A DNA stretch of 64,000 nt from Hormiphora californensis (lineage: Eukaryota; Animalia; Ctenophora), in assembly GCA_020137815.1 (NCBI GenBank), contig CM035353.1, positions 2,914,001-2,978,000 on the forward strand. The letters are read 5' to 3'. Position numbers and translations under genes: made by a program. The notes below the pieces were generated by a model that saw nothing but the letters and a program-made list of their open reading frames with translations, had not been told where the DNA came from and searched no databases. Positions 28,800-39,600 of this stretch are shown here, piece after piece; positions within the stretch are counted from its first letter, which is position 1, and the number at the start of each line of letters is the position of its first letter.

Positions 28800-31700
28800 G
28801 CAGACCCTGAAGAAAATCATCGAGAACAAGCTGGTTATGGGTGATGTAATGAAGGCAGTGTATTTCTCTCTTGCCGAGGCTGCTTACTCTGCTGGAGATA
28901 TCACGTGAGTTACTACTTAGTTACTTATTACTGTAAAACTAGATATTTTCGTGAGATTTTTATTTTCGCGGATTGGCCTAGATTGGCTTCTGGGGGTCCC
29001 TGCAGGGCCCTGACGACTTCACCAGCGTACCAGGAGTCGCTGATGAAGGAGTAGTTCACTCCTGGTACGCTGGTGAAGTCTTCAGGGACCACCAGAAGCC
29101 CTAGTCTAGGCCAATCCGCGAAAATTAATGCCCTCGAAAATATATGGTTTTACTACTTAGTAATCACGTAAGTTGACATTTGTTGAGGGGCCGATTGCAA
29201 TTGGTTACGAAGTCACCCCTATTATTGCACCCGCGAGCTTGCGTGGAGGGGTAATTTCACTATCAAATGGGCCGAAGGGTTGTATTGGTAGAGTAGCAAG
29301 CTAGCTACACTTTTTACCCCGCATCCCAGCACCTGGTTTCGTTTTCAATCCAATATATCTCCCCAATATATCTCCCCAATATATCTCCCCAATATATCTC
29401 TCCCAATATATCTCCCCAATATATATCTCCCCCAATATATCTCCCCCAATATATCTCCCCCAATATATCTCTCCCAATATATCTCTCCCCACACACAGGC
29501 AGACAGTTATCCAGAATGCCGATAAAGCTCAGAACAAGATCAAGTTCCAGAGGGACAACGTGGCGGGGGTCCAGCTGACCAACTTCACAATGCACACTGA
29601 GGGGAGCGACAACTATCAACTGACAGGTGCGGTTCTAAAACTTTCCTAGGTAGTTGGTAATGAAATTACCCCTCTGTTATTATTGCTCAGTATGATGCAA
29701 TAAAAGTGGTGACTTCGTAACCAACCCTGGTAGCTACCCCTTCCTCTCCCGCATACATAGTGCAGTTCTGCAAGTGTCTTCTTCTTGGAGGCCGTCTCTT
29801 CTTGCGTCGAGATGAAGGGCTGGATCCAAAGGGTTTCCTTTCCCGGCCTGGTTTCTCGAGGCCTTATATTTTGTAACTCCCCTACCTCCCCAAATTTAGC
29901 CATGGCGGCTACTAATTTAGTCTTTGTTCCTCCTTTTTTAATACTGATATAGCACCATGATAGCACCACCAAACATCTCAATGCAGGTCTGGGGAAGGGA
30001 GGGCAGACAGTATCACGATGCAAGGACACAGCACAGAAAGCGTTGAAATTGTTGGTTGAACTGGCTAGCCTCCAAACGGCATTTATCACACTGGATGAGG
30101 CCATTAAAATTACCAACAGAAGGGTCAATGGTATTGAATACGTCATCATACCCAGGTAAATATAATAGGAGTCTACACAACCAATCAGAACTCGTTATTT
30201 AGGTCACGTGACTGGTTATCAGCCAATCAGGGACCAGTATTTCCTGATTCAGTCGGTTCCTGAATCTAGTTAGATAGCTCATATATATTTGACCCAAACA
30301 ATATACACATTACATGTTTGGATGGGGGGGGGGACATGTTAATTGTTAATAAATCACCTCTTTTTTCCGATTTTGTTAATTAACGTTAATTAACAAAGTT
30401 AACAAAATTAACAAATGCTAAAATATTGGTGTTATCGGCTGATAATACGACTTTAACTGATTTAATTTTATAGTTTAAAGACTAACGTTTGTATACCCAT
30501 GCAAGGCTTCCTCTGATAACCAAAGTCCGACATACAAGTTTTTTGGCTCCAAATCGATCAAAATTCTAAGAGTACGAATATTTCAATTTAGCGTGTAAAA
30601 TGTCACTTGAATGTAATTTTTTCATTGATAATCCATTATTCAGACGAAAGAAAGTGATGTACAACGTTTCTGTTCGAAAAATACGAAAAAATTCCCAAAA
30701 TTGCTTTTTTTGGTCAAAAATTGAAAATTTGCTTCGCTACAAATCCTTGTGTTTTTTTAGAAAAAATCATTTTTGGGATATTTTTCGATTGAAGGTAAAT
30801 TTTTGAGTCTTATTAAGTTTTTAAGGTTGGAAAATGTGGATTAGTGTCATTTGACCTCAAATGCGGTTCAGGTTGGCTAGTTTTTGTTCGAATTTACAAA
30901 ATGGAACAAATCGTTGTTGGGAAGGCTGTAGTAGACGGCTTGGGGTATGCAAATCATGCAGAAGGAACATCTTTGTTCGCAGAACAACATACAGCAAGTG
31001 TAATACCAAAAAACACGTGCTAAAAGGACTTTAGATCGTATAAATGGCATTTGTTAATGTTTGTTAACTTTTGTTAAATTTGTTAATAAATCACCTGTTT
31101 TTTCGATGTTAATATTAACAAAGTTAACAAAATTAACATGTCCCCCCCCCCCCCCCCCCCCCCCCGTTTGGATATGTATACATTATATATGAACAGTCGG
31201 ACCCCGATTTACCGGGTACCACAATTTACTGCGCAAAACTCTTTCCCCCGAGCATCCCGGTAAATCTACTTTTTTACAATACATTTCTATCTAGGTTCGA
31301 GAACACTATTGCGTATGTCATTGAGGAGCTGGACGAGAGAGATAGGGAGGAGTTTTACCGACTGAAGAAGATTCAGGACAAAAAGAAGGTACATTATATC
31401 ATCTAAATAATTAATAATAATGATGATTAATTAAGGCCAGATGTCCGAGCGAGGGTCAAAAATGTACTTTTCTGAGGTTTACATTCGTGATGTAGCTCGG
31501 AGGTAGGAAAGCTTTGGATAGGGTAGCTGTGCGCCAAGTGTATCAGGAAGCCCTCGAATTCACTACCCAATACCATTCCTTGGTGACATAGACACCTGGC
31601 GCGACCGAGATTGAGCTCACACACGGTCGTCGCGCCAGGTGTCTATATGTCACCAAACCAATACCATTCCTTGTTTAACACTCGTCACTCTCTCCAGATT

Positions 31701-31832
31701 ATCCGTGCAAAACAGAAGAAACTGGCTGATGAGTTGACCGCAAAGGAGGCTGAGAAGGCTATGACACCTGTTGTTGACCAACCCGCGAGGAGTATTCTCG
31801 AACAACAGCATGATCCCGATATCATGTTCTAG
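28800..31832 (+). CDS. ATP6V1D: V-type proton ATPase subunit D; clear exons 28800-28904, 29499-29626, 29987-30155, 31295-31388, 31698-31832; 5' exon(s) garbled around 28280-28400
   Basis: FSLAEA, DNVAGVQL, GLGKGGQ, LVELASLQTAFITLDEAIKITNRRVNGIEYVIIP, ELDERDREEFYRLKKIQ. Confidence 0.95.
29350..29490. repeat. Intronic minisatellite (caatatatctccc)n
   Basis: Direct inspection. Confidence 0.9.
30324..31165. mobile_element. Poly-G/poly-C-ended TIR element with 8-bp TSD
   Basis: gtttggat|G(n)ACATGTTAATT...AATTAACATGT C(n)|gtttggat. Confidence 0.85.
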
Positions 31833-32130
31833 ATACATGCGATCTGATCCTGATATTATGTTCTAGATCTGTGCGATCTGATCCTGATATTATGTTCTAG
31901 ATCTGTGCGATCTGAGGACTCTTTTTGATTTAGAGAGAGAGAAGGAGTGATCTAGGACTCTTGAATTTTCTTTGGGACGTTTTAAGGGAGGACGCTCCTC
32001 CGAGGAGAGATGTGTTTGAGCAATAATTTTAGTGAAAATTAAGAGAGTGCAGTGCAACTTTTCTTGGGGTACAAAATATATAATGACGGATTTTGTGAAT
32101 CTTTTGTAGAGCTCTTGTTTATGTCTTGTG

Positions 32131-32886
32131 GGGGGGTACGTCACCTTTTTTTTTGCCCACTGCCCACATTATTCTTAAATTTTGAATTTGCCCACATGGG
32201 CAAAAGTGGGCAAAAGTAGGCAAAAGTAGGCAAAAGTAGGCAAAAAATTTAAATCCCATAAAAAATATATGCTATCAACCAGGTAATCGTCTGTGACAAA
32301 GGTTTTTCACCACCAATGTCCTCCTAGAGGTCCCCCCTATCGATTCCAACCGATAATTTATTTGCTCAGGGTTGATAAGGCTCCATATCCAACTGGGGAA
32401 AATGGGCAAAATATGTTGGCAAAATTAGGAAAATTGGTCATTTTAGGCACGTTTCTCACATGGTTGGAGTGGAAAATTTTTCTGGTTTTCCTGGGACCCC
32501 ATTGGAGTACAATGCAAGTGGAAAACCTTTGTTATGTATCAGTTCCCTAAATAGCCCCAAAATGACGAAAAATCACTGGCCTTTGCCTAATTTTGCCAAA
32601 ATTTTTTGCCCACTTTTGTCCAGTCGGACATGGAGCCTTATCAACCCTAAGTCATAAGAAAGTACATTAATTATCGGTTGGAATCGATAGAGGGGACCTC
32701 TTGGAAGACATTGGAGGTGAAAAACATTTGTTACAGAGGGTTTTCTGGTAAAGTTTTGATGCTTATAATATTTTTGCCCACTTTTTGCCCACTTTGCCCA
32801 CATTATACCTGTTTTTTGAGATTTCAGTTTGCCCATGTGGGCAAATGTGGGCAAATGTGGGCAAAAAAAAAGGTGACGACCCCCCC
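32131..32886. mobile_element. Poly-G/poly-C-ended TIR element with 8-bp TSD
   Basis: gtcttgtg|GGGGGGTACGTCACCTTTTT...AAAAAGGTGACGACCCCCCC|gtcttgtg; TIR related to 3242-10263. Confidence 0.85.
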
Positions 32887-34095
32887 GTCTTGTGTAAGAA
32901 GTGGGGAGAAGAAAGAGAGATTCTGGTGATGATATAATATGTTTTTGATTTCCCTCTGTAAAAGTATTCAATTTGCTTGACGCTGGACGTCAAATTCTTC
33001 CAAAAACAATTTGTTATTTCGTTTGTTTGTTGGACGGTGGTGGTGAGTGTCTAGGGTGATGGAGTAACGGTAACCCCCCCCCCCATGTCTGACGGTGCCA
33101 GAGCCCGTTTTGTTTCTCAATTACAGCGACAGTGCGTTCAGATGGGGACGGCGGCGCCTTATATGACGCCGCAGACCCCATCTGAGCACACAAATCGGGT
33201 TCTGGCGCCATACAGATGTGTATTGTGATGCTCGGGAAAGGATTTTATTTTTACCCGGTAAATCGGCTCCTATAACAGATAAGAGGGGCTGCAAGATTGC
33301 TCTCTGCAGTCACTGTACAGTGAAACTTGTAGAAAGTGTAGTTGTACCGTGAAACTTGGAAATCATAAATCTGGTGCCGCCAGACCTTGTATTGTTCATA
33401 CGGGGGCGCGGGGGGAGGTGCAACAGCACAAGCCAGACCCTTTTTTGATTCTAAAAACAGTGCGCTCAGATGGGGTCGGCACCGCCAGACAGGAAAAAAC
33501 AGCAGAATTTGCTATGGCAAGAAAAGTTTTTGATTTGAATATCGAACAATCAAAAAATTGTATTAAGTTAAACTTTGGGGCCAAATATTTAAACTCTGTC
33601 ATTATATCAATCCTCTCTTTCAATTTCCACAAGATCGAATCATAAATCTCCAAATAACTGGAAAGGAGAATAACTACATGACACTGACAGTCATTGAACT
33701 TTATTTTATAAAATTGGTGTGGGGGACGCTTGAGTTGCTTGACAATGACAATGTCTTCCGTGCTCCGCATAAAAATAAAGTATGAATAATTCAAGGGGAC
33801 GCCACCTCAGAGCTAAGTCGAAGAGATTTTACTTTAAGGGAAGCTCGAGCTTCCCTTAAAGTAAAATCTCTTCGACTTAATATAACAGTACAATAGCATG
33901 CACAAGTGTATCACATGACATTCACAGTTTCACATCATGATCAAGACCATGGCTATCTGTCAAATCACTGGCCTGACATACAGATGATTATAGTACATTA
34001 CGACAGGGCCAATATGTCGTACACAAAAGACACCTCAAATCAACGTGTTTACAGTTACAACACTACACAGACACGCCTGCCTTTGTGCTCGGTGT

Positions 34096-34665
34096 GCGGA
34101 CTCTAGTGCTACACTCTAAGTCTACAGTGGACTCTATATCTAAATTTAGATTTAGATAAAGAGTCCAAATAAGTCTAAACTCTAGGAGGACTCTTTATCT
34201 AAAAAGTCTACACAGGGCGGACTCTTTATCTAAAAAGTCTAAACAAAGTGGACTCTATATCTACATAAATCTAAATTAGATATAGAGTCCGCCTTTCGCC
34301 GCGAACTCGAGATTTCGGCCGTTAGGCCGGAAACGAGAGTTTGCTCTACCCCTATACTAATTTAGAAGTGTTAGGGCCGTTATTTGGGTTCGAGGTTAGG
34401 GTTAGGTTAGTGTTAGGGTTAGGTTTTGGGTTGGGTTAGGATTTTAGACATAGAGTCCGGGTTGGAGGATTTGGCGCCAAAATGTACTAGAGGACTCTAT
34501 ATCTAAAAATTCTACACAGGGCGGACTCTTTATCTAAAAAGTCTACACAGGGAGGACTCTTTATCTAAACTTTTTTCAAAATCTAACTGTAGATAAAGAG
34601 TCCGTTTTTAGATATAGAGTCCGCCTTGGGTTTAGATAAAGAGTCCGTTAGCACTAGAGTCCGCC
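34096..34665. mobile_element. TIR element with ggactct(a/t)tatcta subrepeats and TTAGGG-like core
   Basis: gcggactctagtgcta / tagcactagagtccgc inverted ends. Confidence 0.6.
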
Positions 34666-34916
34666 AACCTGCCTTGCTCAACCCTCTTTCCGCGCCGTGC
34701 GCAAAGGAGGGTTAGAACAAACAGACATGCCTGCTTAAATCATAACGCCAATCATGAATATGATTCAAATTCATGATTGGCGTCACAAAATTAAACAATT
34801 AAACATGAACAGACGGCAGACATGTCTGGATCGGGACTTTCCGAACAATATTTCTGCATTCCCTAACACATCATTATATACTCAACTCTAAAAACAAAAT
34901 TAGTCCGGCAAACATT

Positions 34917-36647
34917 TCACCGATATCCCCTTTTCTGTCTATTCTCTTGTTTAGTCCGTTCATATTCATCAGAGAACTTGGCCACAATAACCGTGACGGG
35001 CAGGGCGAGAACTATGAGGCCTGCCAACATTGCTAGAGTGCCTACCGCCATCCCGAGAGTGGTCTTGGGGGACATATCTCCGTACCTGCACAGGGGGTGA
35101 ATGGGTTAGCTGGGTATCTTGAGCTGATATATATTGTTTGTGCTACAAGCAGATTGGTTTGTTGGCGGTAGCAATCTTTTTGTGTTTGTCAGGTAAAATT
35201 AAATGTTGGACTTGGTTGTCATTGTTGAGTAAGGTTTTCCATGTCGGCATGTCACTTGTGAATGTGTCTGTGTTCTTTTCAGTTGTAATTGTCTCTCACG
35301 AGAGATTTATGGTAAAGCTAAAGATAACAAAAATGTATTTTGACTAAAATCCAAGCGTGTAGGGAATTGATCTTTTAGCTGTCAGACCAATGCTCTGACC
35401 ACGGTTCTCACCAATGCTCTGACAGCTTTTTCGGGGAATAAATCACTTTGTTCAGCAACAGAATAGCAATTTTACACACGCATGATTAGTAGATCAACAC
35501 TCTAATTACATTCTTCACACCACAAAAATGAGATGCAAACTCGATACACAATAATCACACACGGGAGAGACAGCTGATGAGAGAGCACTTTCTGAACGAG
35601 ACCGGATATCCGCGGATTATAAAAGGAGTAATATCAGGCCTAACTTGGTTAGATTCCTTGCTACATCTTCATATGGTATCACAGTTGTCTCACAAAAGAC
35701 TACCGGCCTGATCTGACCTCTCCGGACCTCGGGGGCGTGACCTTACAGCCTTGTAGTATACCAATGCATGAGATATATGGACCCTTGTTGAGTAGAAACT
35801 CCCTCCCAGATCTAGACTTGGTGATTTAAGTATGAGAGAATCTAGATATGTTTGACTTTAAAAGGACACGAATACATTTGGTAAACTAAACAAAAAGGAA
35901 ACACCATAACTACAGATAAATATGGTACAAATCAAATGACAAAGAGACGATGCACAACGGAATTAGAGATTTCTAGTTTTTTATATGAATCACAGGGAGA
36001 GCGAGGAATCAGCTTCGAAAATGAGAACAAATATTTACTTTCTCTGCAGCTAATATATGCTGATTTTGGGGCTTCGAACGCTGCTTGGGTGCTGCTTTAA
36101 AAGATTAGAAAAGAAGTTGGGTGCAGAATAATTTGTGCCGTTTTTATATACACTATATACACTATGTATACTGTGTATAAAATGTATAAAATGTATATAG
36201 CTAACTCGCCGTGGTAGAGAGAGATGATGCTGCAGTACGATGATGATCATTGTGGTTTAGAACGCTCATACTCGTCACTGAATTTAGCGACTATGATCGT
36301 AACGGGCAGGGCCATTAGGATGAGCCCGAGCATTAGGGCAACCGATCCGACGACCATACCCAACGGGGTCTTGGGACTTAAATCTCCGTACCTAGCAGAC
36401 ATGTGTGCGGGTGTTAGTTATAGTGTGCAGGTTAGTGTGGGGATGTGTGCGGGTGTTAGTTAGTGTGCAGGTTAGTGTGGGGATGTGTGGGGATGTGTGC
36501 GGGTGTTAGTTAGTGTGCAGGTTAGTGTGGGGGATGCAGATGTGTTATTGGTAACATAGACACCTGGTGTCTATGTTACCAAGATGTGTTAGTGTGGGGA
36601 TGTGTGCGGGTGTTTGTTAGTGCAGGTTAGTGCAGGTTAGTGTGGGG

Positions 36648-36680
<33 letters not shown>

Positions 36681-39600
36681 GATGTGTTAGTGTGCAGGTT
36701 AGTGTGGGGATGTGTGGGTGTATGTGTGCGGGTGTTGGTTAGTGCAGGTTAGTGTGGGGGGGGGGGGGGTGTGTGTGTTTGTAGGTTGTGTGTGTGTGTG
36801 TGGGTACTGGGTTGTATAACTGCAGATTTCAAGTGAATGGATCGTTGTGCACACCAATTCTACTGTCAATTTCTACATAATTTCGACTAATATAGAAATA
36901 ACAATTGTTAACTATTATAATATCCGAGTGACGGAAAACAGAAACTACGAAGACTGAAAGATTAAACGGAAACAGTTGAGCGCATGCAAGATTATATAGT
37001 CAACTGCAATATATAAGCAAACAGTTAGGAGAATACTGCCATGTGACATTCTACAGATATACCTATGGCAATTCAACAGATATATTATGAAAAGTAAAGT
37101 ATTGGAAACTGACAACTCCAAAATACCAGAGATAACTTTGTACGATACATATCAAGATCATCAGCTTACCCAACTGTTGTAACAGTGATCACACTCCACC
37201 AGCAGCCGTTCATAATAGAGGTAAACTGAGTTTTACCCTCCGTCGCTGTAGGTCTGTTCAACAGTATACATGATACTACCAAACATTAGCACCACCATGA
37301 ACACCTGCAGAAATTGATTTATAGTATTTCTTGGGTGTAATTAGGTGGTAATTAACATGGGGTGCGCACAGACTGTCCATGCGTGATCATGTCCATTATT
37401 TTGACCAAGTCGCCAGCGTATCAAAATTAGTCGGGTTCAGTGGTTTTCGATATGTTATGAATTAGTTTCAGTTTTTACTCTCCAATCTTAGTCAAATGAC
37501 CAATTTTTGTCAGTCTGTGCGACTTGGTCAAAATCTTGCCCATGCCCCCATAATGAATTGATTCATGGGCGATGACTCACCATGATAAAAAGTACGAACA
37601 GCTCGGTGCTGGTGTTACCCACTGCTTTCAGTAATATCAACAGGTTCTCTGATCTCCTCGCCTGGAAATTAGCATTAAATATTTCCAGGAACCGACCGAA
37701 ACAAGCAAACAACCAATCAGAACTCGTCATTTATGTCACGTGACTGGTTATTAGCCAATCAGGGACCAGTATTTCCTGATTCGGTCGGTTACTGCATACT
37801 TCCCGGCAGTGTCAAGCGACTCAAGGTTACTTGGCTGTAATTGCTGTACACACAAACGAACAATTGGCTGGAACCCCCTCCCCTCCAATTGTAATATAGT
37901 ATCAAAACGGGAGCTGGCGCCCATTATCTGTATGGCGGCGCCATACCCCATTTGATTCTCAGTGCGCTCAGATGGGGTCGGCGGCGCCAGACAGCCCATT
38001 ATAGGGTGACCTGCATGGTAATGCATGATGGCTTAAGGGTACGCTAACCAAATTTTTTTTTCGAGTGCAGGGAAATCTCTCACCGTAGGGTTGTAGGCCA
38101 TACCAAAGAGACCTCAAATATGCAATTTTAGCCCTTAAGTCGAATTCATATTTTTGCTACAGCTGTTTAAAAAATGTCCTGTAAATACGTTTTTGGCATC
38201 TCAAAAATTTTTTTAAAAAAATAGGAGCATGAAAATTTGGGGATTTGAAGAGGACATGAAGGTGAATAACCACAAAAAATTTTATTGCAATCCGAGCTGA
38301 TTTCCGGTCCTGAGATGGATTTCTTTTTTTCCACTTTAACGCCCTATTTGGCAAAGTTCCGAAAACATGTGAAAGCTGTAAATTGGTGAAAAGTTGCGTC
38401 TAACGATTATCTAAGTGGCCATAAATTTTGGGCGTGTCCTTATTTGAGATAAGCTGTACAGAGTTTTTTTTGTGAAAGCCGTCATTTCAGAAATAAATAA
38501 ATTCCCTGTATCTCAAAAACGGCTGATCGTAGAGACCTGAGACTATGCTAAAACGATTCAGAAGGTCCGATTTTGGGGGGGTCTTCTGAGAGACATTTTG
38601 CTCCTACTTCAACCGTTTTTGCTGTAATTGCGAAAAACAAAAACCCATCTTCGCCATCGTGGATTTTTTGTGATTTTGTTTTTGGTGATTATAGGGACCC
38701 ATATGGACCAAATAGTGAAGGAATTAGATTGTTACACATTTTTCCATAGTTTCGGTCCTTTCTTAGCCAAAATTCCCTAATTACAGGATATTGGAGTTTA
38801 GCTTTTGCCCTTTTCATAGAATTTGTTTTTCGCAATTACAGCAAAAACGGTTGAAGTAGGAGCAAAATGTCTCTCAGAAGACCCCCCCAAAATCGGACCT
38901 TCTGAATCGTTTAAGCATAGTCTCAGGTCTCTACGATCAGCCGTTTTTGAGATACAGGGAATTTATTTATTTCTGAAATGACGGCTTTCACAAAAAAAAC
39001 TCTGTACAGCTTATCTCAAATAAGGACACGCCCAAAATTTATGGCCACTTAGATAATCGTTAGACGCAACTTTTCACCAATTTACAGCTTTCACATGTTT
39101 TCGGAACTTTGCCAAATAGGGCGTTAAAGTGGAAAAAAAGAAATCCATCTCAGGACCGGAAATCAGCTCGGATTGCAAAAAAAAATTTTGTTGTTATTCA
39201 CCTTCATGTCCTCTTCAAATCCCCAAATTTTCATGCTCCTATCTTTACAAATGTATTTTTAAGATGCCAAAAACTTATTTTCAGTTCATTTTTCAAGCAG
39301 CTGTAGCAAAAATATGAATTCGACTTGAGAGCTCAAATTGCATATTTGAGGTCTCCTTGGCATGGCCTACAACCCTACGGTGAGAGATTTCCCTGCACTC
39401 GAAAAAAATTTTTGGTTAGCGTACCCTTAATTGATGTACAAAATTAACAACTTACCAGTTTGAAAACCCGTATCACCCTGAAGACCCTGCAGACCCGGAG
39501 AACAACGTACCACCCACCGGTCCCTGCCTGCTCCGTCCCTGAGACTCCACTTGGATCCTGAAAGAAGACAGTGTTAGCATATGTATTGGGATAGTTGATG

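Noticed and set aside
31820-31915. Extra ATP6V1D C-terminal exons
   Set aside because: A short tandem triplication of the stop-codon region lying in the 3' UTR.
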